Below, piece after piece: positions 1 through 14,095 of a stretch of 45,462 nt of DNA; within the stretch, counting starts at the first letter, position 1, and each line of letters starts with the position of its first letter. A model generated the notes under the pieces. That model ran no database searches. It was given only the letters and a program-made list of their open reading frames with translations, and was not told where the DNA came from. Position numbers and translations under genes: made by a program. Source of the stretch: Seison nebaliae (lineage: Eukaryota); the NCBI GenBank assembly GCA_023231475.1, contig JALJEE010000433.1:1-45462 (forward strand), read 5' to 3'.

Positions 1-16
1 ATTTTCATTTAGATCA

Positions 17-130
17 TTTTAGTTTAAACTAAGTTTAAACTATTTTGACGTCACTTATTTTAGTTTAAACTAAGTTTAAACTTTTACTTGATAGTCAATT
101 CTATAGTTTAAACGAAATAGTTTAAACTAT
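17..130. repeat. Cluster of palindromic GTTTAAAC-containing repeats; possible subterminal array of a DNA transposon/MITE
   Basis: ttttagtttaaactaagtttaaact occurs at 17-41 and 58-82, with further tagtttaaac copies up to ~127. A MULE remnant lies nearby. Confidence 0.5.
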
Positions 131-899
131 TAAGTTTTTACTGTCACGCTACTTCACAGTCAAACAATTGCATTCCTACAATAATATATAATTATTACTG
201 TAAGTTTATCAGTTAATTGCTTTAAAATCAAATCATTTTCCAGTTTTAACTCTTTCCACCTATCAATTTACTATATGTGTAAAATTTCAGTTTGGTTATC
301 TGAGTAATATCGTACGTGTAGCGCAGTGGTTTCAAATATAAATGTTCAAGCGAAGCTTATAAGTCCGAATTCCATTGCAGTAGAAAGTTTTAACTAATAT
401 ACAAAAAATTGAGAGATACCAAAATTGGCATTACCGATTTTGCGGTGAAATTTGCACAACAAATATACATGGAAGTTTCTAAATCAATAGAAAATGAGGT
501 ATGCAAAGAGAAATCGTAACATATTGACCAGAAGTGGAGTGACGGAGAAAATTGCGCCCAACTTGATTTTTTGAGAAACGCGGAAAAAATGGCTCCCGTA
601 CAATGAGTCAAATATAATATATGTTCGCAACCAAAATATATAAGGAATATTTTCTCTTATCTGTTAGTCTTACTTCATCATTTGTTGTAAAAAAAACAAA
701 TTTAAAGAAGAACTGAATTTTTAAGAATATTTAAGAAAAATTGAAAAGTTTTCTTACGGAAAAAGAACTATAAAAAAAAAACAAATTAAAAATAATATTG
801 GGTTCAAAATGTATTAAATAATTTTAGATGCCGTGAAGATGCTTAATTTTTATTTAAAATTTACCCTATAGGATTTACATTTACAATAAAAAATAAATA

Positions 900-1425
900 A
901 AAAAATAAAACTGTATAGAAAGGATAATATGCGATCGGAATTAAAATTGCATATCTTTTTCTTGATGTCTTCATCTTTCTTTAATTGGGCGCTACGTAAT
1001 CTTCTCGTTGCTCCTTGTACGGTTCTGTTGAATCGAGTAACTTCCAAGTTAAACCTTCCGCTTTTTTTCTTACTTAAGTTGGGTCTTGGGATTATAAACT
1101 CAAACCCATTGTTGCCATCCTCAGCACCATTATTAGTTCGCGGCACTTTTGAAATTATTCTTGTATAGTTGGATCATAGTTTTGGAGGAAACATAGGAAC
1201 TGTCCAACCCGAAAATAAGGAATATATATATAATATATAAGTTCTTTTCGAAATATGCATAAGTTTCCTTAGCCTGATCGGAAACTGCTTCTCCTATCTT
1301 CCTAAATCCTACCGATATATCTTCAGGCGTTAAAATGATAATGCGGATAGCAATCTTATCTCTTTCCTAAATTCCTTATTTTCTTGATAAAGTGTTTTTT
1401 TACCTAAACTTTGAACATGCATTCT
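900..1425 (-). pseudogene. Degraded Mutator-like (MULE) transposase, C-terminal part
   Basis: Minus-strand translation across a frameshift and a stop gives HVQSLG..LYQENKEF..EIRLLSALSF/TPEDI..YAYFEKN..PMFPPKL*SNY..VPRTNNGAEDGNN. This matches the recalled MULE pattern ALAF.P..DYFE..FPP..W...PRTNN..EGW. Confidence 0.75.
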
Positions 1426-1850
1426 TCGTTATATTACAAAGCAGCAACACTATTAATATCCAATACATTAGGTAATAATTAATGACAGTTAAATTAAATA
1501 ATTGTTATGAAAATTATTCGAATATAAAATACCAATTACAAATTATTCTATTGAGAAATATTAAAATTTTATTCTTTATTTATTAAATAAAACATTTATT
1601 GAACAAAAAATGATTATTATTTACTCACTTTACAGCAACAGTACTCAGTGGTTTTCTCACGGGTACCCACTCCTAATATAGACTATACAAGATTTAATAT
1701 ATTTTTTAAAAATTAAATGGATTTTCCACTAATTTATTGAATAAGGATTCTTTTCAAATGCTTAGGCAGTTCAAAATTTGAGTGAAATAAAGAGAATTAA
1801 TATTCCATTAAGATAATCGAGGGAAGAATCAGAAAACGGATAATTCATAT

Positions 1851-2220
1851 TCATTTCTTTCCATTGAACAATTTCTCTTGTTCTTCAATGAAACGTGCCA
1901 ATTTAATGTCACGTTGAGAGAGACCATTAACATCATGTGTTGTCAATGTTATTTCTACTCGATTGTAGACATTGAACCATTCGGGATGATGATCCATTTT
2001 TTCCGCTTTGATGGCTATCGATGTCATGAAAGAGAATGCCTAAACCGAAAGAAGATGAATAAAGTCGAGAAGGAAGAAAATACACTTCTATAAAATTAGA
2101 GAATTGAAATTTTTTTTTAATTGCATCACGCTCCTCAATATACTGCCATCCGTTTTTGAGGAATTCTTCTGTTAGAACAGTCTCACGTTCATTTGGAGAA
2201 AATGCATTTGTCGAATTCAT
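1851..2220 (-). CDS. PCBD: Pterin-4-alpha-carbinolamine dehydratase (PCBD/DCoH), 2 exons
   Basis: Exons 2220-2086 and 2039-1851; intron 2085-2040 (46 nt, GTGTAT..TTTAG). The spliced product has [66 protein letters not shown], the PCBD signature. Confidence 0.95.
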
Positions 2221-3650
2221 TTTAGTTTTATTTGATAGAAAATTTTTTGGAATAAGAAAACTTTTGTGTTTGTATTGTCGTATATGTGAAAAGATGAAAT
2301 AAGCGCCATTCTGACACACAGTTTTATACATGACCATTTGGAATGAAGCGTGAAAAGATGGAAATATGTATTAGTTGTAGATGAGAAGCCTGCTTTTCTA
2401 TTTGCATTTTATCCTTCGACTAACGGATTGACGTCTATTGTTCAAGTATTCTTATACACCTCCTCTTCCATTCTCCTTCTTACACTATTTTGTACCGAAA
2501 CGAACCATAGCAGTGGTAGAAGAAAGGATATTGATTGGAATAGTGTTGAAATGACAATATGAACTAGATTGATCTCAATTCTCATAATTGTTTCTTTAGA
2601 GAAATAGAATAAGAAAAAATAAAAAAGAAAATGTGAAAACTTGGTATGGATACGAATCGTATCTTTTAATTGGGAAACTTATAGATTTAAATTGAAAAAA
2701 ATGGAAAAATATTAGACGGTTTGTGTTCAGGGACAATTTTTGTTAATCGATCAGTAAATTAAAGGACCTTCTGTCTCTTATACATTCATGTATAATTTAT
2801 GATGAATTGCCATAGACATATTTAATTCTAATTTCTATTGTTGTGGATGATTGATCTGACAAAAACTATAAATTCCAATTGGGATTCCTCTTAAAATGAA
2901 ATATTCTAATATCGAAAATTCTAATTCGGTCGAGTCGAACTGAAGTATTAAAAATCAATTTCATATTCATCTTTTTCACCACTTAAAGAAGAAGATGATG
3001 TCCTGATTGGAAAAAACAAGAAAATTATTTTAAATTATTTATCAAAATTATACTATTGACAATTCAGTAAATGAAAAGGATGAGGAACAAATAAACAAGT
3101 TAAATGTATTTGACGTAAATAAATTGCGGGAACGATTTTGGGGGTGAGAAAATCATTTGAATAAGAAGGAAGTTCTACTCGCATTTTATTTACAGACGGT
3201 CTACCAGAACAGAACATATTCCTTTGCGAACAATCGACGTTTATATTTGTGTTGTTTGTCATGTAATTGGAGGACAAGTCTCGTATAAAAGACAATAAAG
3301 TTTTGATGTGAATAATTATTTAAATTTCATTCACTATTCTTTCCTTTTTTATTTTAAATTACTATGTTATGTGAATGATTTCCGGATATAGAAAAGGTTG
3401 AACGAATGGCTGGTCGTTTCATGTGACATTTCAACCACATCACACCCAACAATTACTGCCATCACTTAAAGATTTGGTGTTGTATATTGGGGGTATCGTT
3501 CGGTGTTGCAATGTTGTAGAGAAGTTGCACATTCTAATTTTGGAAGGAGGGGCAAAAGAAACAACTTACATTTTTTTGTATTTCTTTTAATGAAACCATA
3601 AATTGTATGAAGATTGATGACCAAATATATAGAATGGATGACACCCATCC

Positions 3651-3664
3651 GTTGTCATAGTAAC
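3651..3664. promoter_or_regulatory. RFX X-box-like motif
   Basis: GTTGTCATAGTAAC fits the X-box consensus GTHNYY-AT-RRNAAC and lies ~870 bp upstream of claudin-like gene 1. Confidence 0.4.
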
Positions 3665-4536
3665 TGAAGAATATAAAATTTTAGTGAATAATTATTTTAT
3701 TTCGATCATCATTATTATTAGGACGAGACATAATGGAATAGAATAGTCTTTATGTGAAACGACTGATTAAAAGAAGGAGATAGATGAGAGAGAAGTTTAT
3801 TAAATAAAATAAAATTAATATATAATAGTTGCCTTTCATCATCATGAACTTTATGACAGACATGAGAAGAAGACGTCATAAAATTTTTCTTCTTTCTTCT
3901 TTTCGCACTCCAACTAATATTCCACCATCATGTCAAACGAACATTTTTTTCAGGCAATGGTTTCTTCCAGTCTCTTCTTGTTGTTCCGGTCTAAAAATTT
4001 TAGTTCCGATAAATTTTATGCTTGATTATATTTCTCTTCTTTCTCATCTCCTTCATCTCAGATCACTTATCTCAATTAATTTGAAGTTATATGGAATTGT
4101 TTCATTCATCTTTTTCCTTCTCTTCGTCCAAAGAAGAAATGGAAGAAACATATGAAAATTTTCTCAAAATTTTTCGTTTTTTCCAAATTTTACTTCCGAA
4201 AAAAATTCGATTCAAGTTGTTCAATCAAAAATTCCCAAATTATTATCGAATTCTGACGTTATTCTAATTATGAAGTAGGAGGAATGAAACCGAATATTTT
4301 CCTAGTTAATTATGTAATAGAAAATTATGGAGAGTTCACCATACTACTCGGAATCGAGCAGTCTCTTATTTGAATTCCCCAAATTACGTTAACTGACGAA
4401 AAGTGAAGAAAAGCGAAAATACAAGAATTTCTGATAGTTCTAATTCGACATGATAAGTGATAGCGAAATGGAATTTGCTTTTTAACTTTAAAACTAGTCT
4501 CTTTCTCATTTTACTTTAGGTTTAGTAGATGTCATT

Positions 4537-5154
4537 ATGAATTGTTTTTTTATTTCGGGAACTATTATTGTCTTCTGTTCATGCGTATTGCTACTCACAT
4601 CTCTGTTGACGAAAGAATGGTTCTCTAACAAATCCATTACAATGGCAATTTACGATTACTGCACATTGAAAGTGAATGACAATAAGGAATGTTTCACATT
4701 TAAACGACACGAAAACTCTGATAATGACAATGATCAATGGACGAAGGATGTGATACTAATGGTTATTGCCAGCCTTTCAGGAACACTAGCACTTTTTACG
4801 TTAATGGTCGCTCTCATTTCATTTTATTTACCGAGACTACGATATAAGAAACGAACTTATATTCCTCTCGTTTTGGCAGTTTTCTGTTTATTAACAAGTT
4901 ATTTTTTTATCTTTTCTTGTGAAATATTTCAAAATTTTCTTATTTATTAAGGTGGATTAATCGCATATACGTTCGGGTTCTTCCTCAGTGATCTCAAAAC
5001 GAAAAAAATCGACGATATTGGTTACTCGTTCTGGTGTAATGTGAGTGCAGCAATTGGATTTATCTTCGGTGTAATATTTTTCCTGTTGTCATTTCTTGAT
5101 TCGTACGTGTCGAACAAATCAATGAAACATCTCAGACCGACGTTGAACTACTAA
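4537..5154 (+). CDS. Claudin/PMP22/EMP-like four-transmembrane protein (paralogue 1), 2 exons
   Basis: Exons 4537-4897 and 4952-5154; intron 4898-4951 (54 nt, GTTATT..TAAG). Four hydrophobic segments, W and a Cys pair in loop 1 (EWF...YDYC...EC), and GYSFW before TM4. Confidence 0.8.
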
Positions 5155-5592
5155 AGTGATATGTACGTTTGGGAAGTATGAGAATCAGTTGACATACGGA
5201 TCGAAATGAGTATATCGAAACTCATAGAATGAAGTTCGTAAGAAAAGAATGATATTGAATTTCCTTCACTGGAAAATGCTTTGGTGAGATTGATTATGAA
5301 ATTCATTCAAAATTTTTTTCTAAAAAAAATTTTTACTATTTTAAAATAAATTTATTTGACATCGTCCTTAAAATATCGCACTTGAATCTCAATATTTAAT
5401 TGGAGTTGGTATGGGAATTTCCTTTTCATTCAAACTCTACTTTTCATGTGAATTATGATTGTGCCTCACGAAGATGATTAGTAGATTCCTCCATAGAATT
5501 AGTGTAAAAGATATTGTGGAAATGAGGAATGTGGGAAAGATGTAGGAGTCTCACATGTGTATCAGGCATTAAAAAGAAACATCACACTTCTC

Positions 5593-5606
5593 GTTGTCAT
5601 GACAAC
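5593..5606. promoter_or_regulatory. Perfectly palindromic RFX X-box-like motif
   Basis: GTTGTCATGACAAC, ~440 bp downstream of claudin-like gene 1. Confidence 0.45.
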
Positions 5607-8600
5607 GGTCTGCAATAATAAAATAATATTTACTCATTCACCTTATCATACATTCTTTTTTCTTGTGTATATTCCTCTATGCAAAACGGTATTCTACTTT
5701 TACCTTACCCTCCCACTTATACAAGATGAACACTAGTGAACAGTATGAAAATTCTCAGGTTACTGTCATTCTTAATCGTCCGACCGAATAACTTGGGAAA
5801 AACTTCGTTTTTTATATTGGATTAATGACATTTACCATATTTGTCTGGATGCCACTCTACTCCACCTCTCCAATAGAATAAAATGAAAAATAATAGGAAT
5901 ACATCGCCGCATATTATTAGAAAGAACAACAATTCGTTTTATAAATGTGCTAGCTTCCCATAAAAAAATATGGTTGGAACGGTAGGCAATCGTAGTGCCA
6001 TTATCAAATATCGCACTTACGACATATCCGTCATAAGTAGAATGATTGGAAATGGAACGATTGGAAAGAAAAGATTGAAGATAAATTAAGTAAAATCGTT
6101 CTTCTAACACTTCCCCTTCACTTTTATGTTTCTTTAAAAGAACTAATAAATTATTAGTAATAATTGATGTAATAATAATTTATTATCGAATCTCGAATTA
6201 TCGTGACCATTCTAATGTGGAAGAAATAACATTAACAACTTTTCTTAAATCATATGTCATTAAAAATTCAACAGCAATATGTGACTCATCCACACGAATA
6301 CACAAATGTCAGATGATGTTATGGTAAATGAAGGAAGTCATCATTTTCATTCCGGAAGAAAAAAAAGTAAAATTTGTCGATCAAAAAAAAGGAAAACTTT
6401 CTCACTTTCACGTTTCCATTCGGCATTTGGTAATTCCTTTCTTACTATGTCCTCTTTTCAGTTCTAATATTTTATTAAATTAAGACGATTCCAATTATCC
6501 TCCAAAAATGTCATCAATTCAACATGAACCTCTTCCCACATGTACCACTTTCACAAATCGAAAAGAACATTCCCTCTACAAAGAAGACCAAGGAGATAAA
6601 TATTGTATATTCAATTAATGAAAATATGATATGTTTCTCGTGGTTTCTCTTATCGAAATTCCACTCATTCACCCGTTCTGTGTCCTCTTTTTAAGCTGTT
6701 CTTACCACTTAAACAATTATCATCATTTCTCCCTCATTCAATCATAAATATTCGACCGGCTTCTTCTTTTAACGTTCTTTCTCTCTTCGACGCACGAAAA
6801 TTAGAAGAGAACTCTTATTCTCAATTTGTTCAGTATTTAAGAGGTGAATTATACGATTGAGAAGTTCGTTCATGAAGAAATAAAATCCTCGAGTCAAATC
6901 TAAAGTGAAGATTGATTCAATTCTTCTCCATTGAAACAAAATCCAATTTATTTTCTCTACATAATTTATGAAAGGCAATTTATTTTTTTACCAATGTCTT
7001 CTTTAAATTTTTCCTGAGAGAAGGACGCCATAATACTCGCGTTTACTCATATTTTGAATTAGAACTCTTATTTCATCGGTTATTAGATATTCTCAAAAGT
7101 TCACTTCATTGTAACAAAATTATTATACGAGAATTACAAACAATTGTTCTATTTCCGTTATGAAATTACTTTAATGTTTAAGAGAAACCCTTAGGTAAGT
7201 GTCGCACCGATTGGAAGAATTTAAGAAGGTTTTCATTTCAATAAAAATATATTATTTGACTAACTGTTGATATGGCAATAAATTGACCATTGAGACATTT
7301 GAAATGCAAATAATAATGATTTAAAATTATTTCCAAATTTTCGCTACCTGCAAAACAGTGATTTCGCAACACTATTTGAATTGAAACCATGATTATATTG
7401 AGTCACGGAAAGAAGTGAATGCTATTTCAATTTACTTCATCTAACTAATACGTTCATTGCTCTTTCACGTCAATAGAAACAATTTGTCATTCACTTACGA
7501 AAGAGAGTCTTATGGTCATTTCATTAGAGAAACGAATTGGTACCAAGGTAATCCAAGAAAAGTAACTTTTCTCTTTTACCAATTCTTTTCATCATATTTA
7601 TTTTCCTTCCACTATTTTCTTCAGTCGCACATTCTATTAACATTAGTCGTTTGTTCATTTCACTTCTCCCTTTCATATTTCATGTTATTCTTCATCTCAA
7701 ATTCTATTCCATACTGTTCTTAAATTTACCTGAGTTAGATGTACATGCGATTTGTGTGTAATTTCGTCTCCGTTCCTATACGATTGTATATATGGTATTC
7801 ATACAATTATATTATTTCTAGTCTAATTTGCTTTCTACTTCTTTCGAGAGAGACGGAAACTTATTTGTTCATTCTTTTTTCACATAAAAGAAAGTTTTCC
7901 GATATAAAAACGTGAATGACAATTTCCAATATCCATAGGATTCATGAAGACAAACTAACAAAATTGAAAGTTTCGTGGAAACTTCAATGATAAATTTAAA
8001 TGTTAAACATTGTTCTTTTAATTCAGTGTGAATTTCACACTGTGAAATTGAGAACAATAATTGACGTCAATTCGTATATTTTTTCAATATTTAATTTAAA
8101 TATTTTTGTTGATAACAATCTTCTTTTTTTGGGCGTCGATAATTAATTATATTTATCATCTTTTTCTACACAGCGTGTAGGTTAGTTGTCGGACAGATTG
8201 TAACTCTAAATAAAAGTTTTGTAAAGGTCCGTTCTCATTCCATAATTAGGACAGTTAATTTTTATTCTTTTCCACAATTTTCAATTGCTTCAGAAAAAAC
8301 GATAGTTCAAAATTTTACAAGGCAATGAAGAAGTAACTGGAAGGATTGTAGCTGTTTATAAAATTTTTAAAAAGACGACAGTTATCAACTCCCAGTTAGA
8401 ACAAGTCTTCAATTTATTCTTCAACTGTTCATTATTAACAGATAAACGTGTTAGTAAGTTTAGAAGATTCATAGATTTATCTGGAATATTGATTGACGAT
8501 ATTTCTCCAGGGATAAAAATTCAAAGAGATATATCTAAGATATGTAAGTTTCAAACTTATATGAGACGAAGTATATGTTATGTCAGATGGAATTGGAGAA

Positions 8601-11600
8601 CGACATTTTCTAGACTTTTGTGCTCTGTGTGAGGAAGAGAGTACAGAAAGACTTTTTATAAATGATAAGATTAAAAGAGAAAAAAAATTAATTCAATACA
8701 TTAGGCATGAGAAACTGAAGAGATTAATGGTAAATTATGACGTTTTCATTGTATAATATGAACGCAATGACAATTACGTGGTCGACAGCTCGAAGATTAG
8801 ACAATTTTGAGACTAATTTACTTTTAAATGAACGAAAAAGATTACTTATAAGAATATGTAAAATAAGAATTATAATTTTTTTCGAACGAATAATAAAAAA
8901 AATTAATTTAATTATTTAATTCATAAAAAACGCGACTACATCGATTAATTACGCCGTGCTGTTGACACCGAAGACAGCAAAAAAAATCTTCAGGTTTTTT
9001 CTAATTTATTCTGGTTGGAATTTTAAATAAATAATGATAATAAATAACATATAATTGTAATTTTTCAGTATCTCGTAATGTTAAAAACATGAATTTCTTC
9101 AGGAATTGTCCGTCAAGAAGTTGAAGGCATCTATAATTGTCCGAAAGAATAAAAAAATAAGTTGAGAATTGATGTTGATGTACGGTTACAAGATGTCCTC
9201 CAACCTGTACACTAATTTCCATATTTTTTAATAATTAATAATAAAAACACTAATTTTGTTAATATACAAATATAATGAATAAGTATTGAAATAATTAAAT
9301 AGAATGTTAATATGATTCATCAACTTTAACACATCTCCTCTAAAAAAGAATGATCCGGTTCTTTTTCTTATAGCACCCGCCCCATCGTCGCCGTCTCAAA
9401 TAAGTTCGTAGTGTTGCATTTAAATAAGAACATGATTTAAATAAATACAAGAAATTTGTTTTTATGAGATGAGAGATTGTAAGAAGAGACGACATGGAAT
9501 AGACTCATCCTAGTAGAAAATAATAAATATCCATTTAACCATACACCTGTTACCAACCGACCGACTAACTGAAACTCATATAGTCGAAGTAATATAAGAA
9601 GCGGATAAAAAGTATGACTTGTTGACACAAGCGGAGATGTAAGAAAATTGTTTTCTGGATGTTCTATTAAAGAACTTATTATATTTATATTAGTTGTATC
9701 TCAAATATCTTACGTAACTTAAACACATAGGTAAAATGTTTTTATAAGGACATCATCTTTCATTATTCATTGGTATTGTCTGCGGAGATAAGATCAACTT
9801 TTTACATTTCTCTTCTGATTCTTCCTCATAACCGACCAATCACCCTTAGTTTATTTTCATTTATTTCTTTCTCCCAATACACTTCCATATTGGATGGATG
9901 GAAAAAGATAAAGTTGAATTAATTCTATCAATGGAATCAATGTAAATAAAAGAATAATTATGTGTAAATTTTTTTATCAAATTTCATCGAATTCAGATTC
10001 ACAGGTTTTCGATCAGCCACCGAAATTCTTAAGCTTAACTGAAAGAAACTTTGTTTTCAGATGGAGTTAATTAATTTGGTGAGAACTCTATTTATTGTGA
10101 AGAGTTGTGATATTGATATGAACTTTTCAGATTTAATCTGGATTACATTGAACTTAAACTAGATATTTTCTGATTTGTCATCATACTATTCTACTTTACA
10201 AGTTATACCTAGTACGAAATTGTATCAAATGAAACTTTCAGTTTTGTATATATACGTTTAAGTAATTTAAGAAGAAAAGTTATAAATTGATTTTCTTTTA
10301 TTATGGACAATGTTCTTTGTCATTTTTTCGAGGGGAATTTTTATGAATTGACATAGCACCATATGATACTCATCGAGTTGTTGGAGAGAAGGCAGATTGT
10401 ATATACGTGAAGAGAATGAGGATATTTTCTATGGGAATTATAATAAAGAATGAAGGAAGAAGATGAAATTAAATGATTCTCTCACACAAAGATTCGTTCA
10501 TTCGAATGCAATATTGTCAGTTATTCCACAATTAAAATTAACGAAATTATTCCAAATAATAAATTGTTTCCATTGTCCATTTATGAGACTGTATTTATTC
10601 ACATCTAACAAAATAGAATAGAACGTTCTCATTTAATGGAGTCGTACGAAATCTGCTTCCGTTCGTTTCACGTTAACTTGTCAATTCTGATGATGAAGGG
10701 ATCAAATACGTTATGGTTAACATAATCAGTGACACATTAGATATGCGATCTCAACAGATAATATAAAAATTGCCGATTCTCAACAATTTCGCAATTATCA
10801 ACTATATGTATTCGATTCCTCGTCTTCGTTTTATTCCATATATCTATCCGTCCACTCTCTTCGTACCATCAAAACCGACATTTTCTTATTATACCTTACC
10901 ACCACCATCAGCTCTACCATCATCATCGCTATCGTTGTTCTTCTTTTTATTCCATCGATAAAATGGTGATACATCTTTTTAAATTTCTTTCTGATAAGAA
11001 ATACGATAGAAAAGAAAACGGTTATAATTGCGATAACTCCAGACGATAATGAGAACGAATTCTTTCTTTAATTCGCCATACACATTAATGGTGACTTCAT
11101 CAAATTAACACATCAACATTCCACGACCATTATGTTAAACGAATAACTGTAATCGTCCACCAAATATTGACGAATTCACGAAACCATTTATGTTCCTAAA
11201 ATATTTATAAAAGGAGAAGAAATCATAAGAAAATTTCAATTCAATTTATTGAAATGTTTAATATCTTCCTCCTACGTCGTCAATAAGAACAACATTTATT
11301 TTTATAGTCAAATTCATTCTTTTCCATTCATCCCCCCTTATTTTTCTTCCTTTCGAAAGAATGAGATAGGAGATCTCTGAAATTTTACGATACTTCATTT
11401 CTATACATTTCTTCTAATCAACTTTTCTTATTTAAGGTTGAGAGACATTGATGATAAATTAACTGTTCTATTATAAATGGACTGCGTTTGGAATGAATCA
11501 ATAACGCACCGATATTTTATAGCCAATTATTAAATAATTATTCTCAAATGAGTTCATCATAAATCTTCTTTTCTCATTCGATCTATCAATCCTCCAACAT

Positions 11601-12383
11601 TTTCTTTAGCTTTAAACGGAAATTTTGGAAAAAAGGAAAGAAGAATAATGAAATAGAATTAAATAGAATTCATACATTATTCAACTAGTGATTAGTGGAG
11701 CATCTTATTCCCAACTTATTATCATCTTCTGTATCAAAATTTATCAAATAATAATAATTATTTGGTAATATATTCGGAAATTTTAAGTTATCAAGTCAAT
11801 CGAATAGTTTTGACAGGAAAGTTTGTCGAGGAATCGTCTGCCAAAACTAAAATAGAAAGGTCGGTTACTATTGGCTTCGCAGACGAAAGGTTTGTTGTCA
11901 TATGCAATTCATATTTAAGTAAAGAAAAATATTATTATCCACCAAACGGTCGGTCGATCAAAAAACACGTTTGTCAAATGGTTCGTGTATCAAATAACTC
12001 AAATTCTGAGACCAAAGGTAATCATATGAATTCGAAAAATTTCTTTCGTTAATAAAATTTGTGTTTTCTGGAAGAGAATTCGTGAAATCTCTTCGAACGA
12101 AGGTTTGAGAAGAATAAGAAACATGTATCTCTAACGTCAGCAGAGACATTATTATACAAACGAATTTATCGATTGTCATAGAATGTTATCGAAAAAAATC
12201 GATTGTAACTTATCATTAGTCATTCAGAATTTACAATTTTACGGATGTTACATAATTATGTTTTCCTTCCAACTTGCGACATATGTCTTATCAATTTCAT
12301 TAAATTTATAATATTTGTATCTTTTCTAATGGTAAGAGTCTGATTTATTTCGCATTAACAATTTGTGACTTCTTCTAACATAT

Positions 12384-12646
12384 GAGTCTAGGACATAAGA
12401 GCCACAAGACAAAAGATCCACGGCACAAAAGAGCCACGAGACAAAAGAGCCATGAACAAAAGAGCCACGGATAAGACTCGATTCCTCTGTAAATTTTGGA
12501 AAACAAAAATCCTTCACATGACAACATAATCACAGTTATATACTGTGTTTTACTTATTTTCAATCAATAAATTTTAGAAAATCAAAGTCTGCGTGGCTCT
12601 TTTGTCCCGTGGCTCTTTTGTCTCGTGGCTCTTATGTCCTTCTCCC
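12384..12646. mobile_element. Complete 263-bp MITE (Mutator-like) with TIRs built from ~17-bp subterminal repeats and a 9-bp TSD
   Basis: Left arm aggacataagagccac followed by acaaaagagccac repeats; right arm has the inverted gtggctcttttgt repeats and ends gtggctcttatgtcct. The direct repeat ctaacatat flanks it at 12375-12383 and 12647-12655. Confidence 0.88.
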
Positions 12647-14095
12647 CTAACATATATGTGAAACTCATCTATCTTCTTGGAAGGAGAGAAAAGAGATTCA
12701 TCTTTCATCTGTAAATTGTAATAGTGGTGGCAGTAGTGATATGATTGGAACAACCTAGAATCTCACCAATAATAAGGAAGTTAAGGATATCGTTTGAAAT
12801 AGTGGAAAATGATATTAGGCGAAATAAATAAATATGACCAAACACACTCCCGAATGGAGTACTGTCTACCGTCGTATATCCAAAAAGGAGTGTTTGTTCT
12901 TCTTGCGTTCTTTAAAATTATTCGATATGTTCATAAAACGAATATATAATTTATTCGAGAGTAGTCTCCTTTTAGAATGAAACATTGAAGAATAATCAAT
13001 CAAATATCGAAGAAATATGACGACGTCAGAAAAAGGAAGTTATGTTGTCCTACAACAGAATTTTTTCTATTTTTCCTCTTCTTCCTTGCCTTCCTTCCTT
13101 TTTCCTGTTTTCAAACTGATTTACACATATCATCATCAGCATTATCATCAGATTGATCATCGACCAACATTATCATCATTGTGACCATTAACATTACACG
13201 TATATATTCCATAAGATGATGATGCTCTCTTATTAGAACTTATTGAGAGAGAGGAAATTCCATAGTGGAGCTATTATGGAATTGCCTTAACTTTCTCATC
13301 CTTTTCATAAAAAAGAAGAAAAACAATAAATTTCTCATGATTAGGATGATGAATGAAATGTGTATGAATGTGGAGAAGAATGATGAGGAAATGTCACATT
13401 GGACGAAGTGGCCAACTTAGTATGGGGATGATCCCGAAAAACTTATTTGGAGACGCTCTCCGACGACATTGTTGACAATCATTCCTCTTCTTCCCAATCT
13501 CGCGTTTGATTAATAAGAGAGAAATTTATTATTATTATTATTAATGTGAAGTAGATGTACGTTATTCTCATTCGATGACTAGGGTAATCAAGAATTGTGA
13601 TTAATGTTCTCTCATTCTCGAACTGTGGAACATATGTAATCTGATTGAATTCTTGTTCTTACATTCTTCTTAAGTTCAATGAGAAGTTTCGTCATCATTC
13701 GTCTTTTTGTTCTTATTCCATCTCTTAAAAGAAATCGATTAAATAAATAATAGATCACTTAATCTATCACTCATTATTTTCTTCCTCAACTTCAGCTGAT
13801 TACCCGTTAAAGAACTGTTGATTCATTCGAAATGATGATATCCGATTCGACTTTTACCATTCTCCAATTATTTATTTACTTCGATTATGTACAAGTCACC
13901 TCAATCAGCCGCAACTTATCGAACTAAATAGATCGATCGTCCATATATATCTTTCTCCCCCATAATTTTCTCTACGAATTTCTCTCATTCATCTTCACTC
14001 CATCTTCCACAAACTTTCTTCACTTCTACCATTTCTCAATGAATTACACGTATAATTGTTTGACAACAGAATTGTATAAAGAGAAACATCATAGT

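Noticed and set aside
8150..9750. Possible decayed transposon fragments
   Set aside because: The composition suggests relic sequence, but I found no diagnostic motif, TIR or TSD.
12326..12563. Two short minus-strand ORFs
   Set aside because: They are translations of the MITE subterminal repeats.
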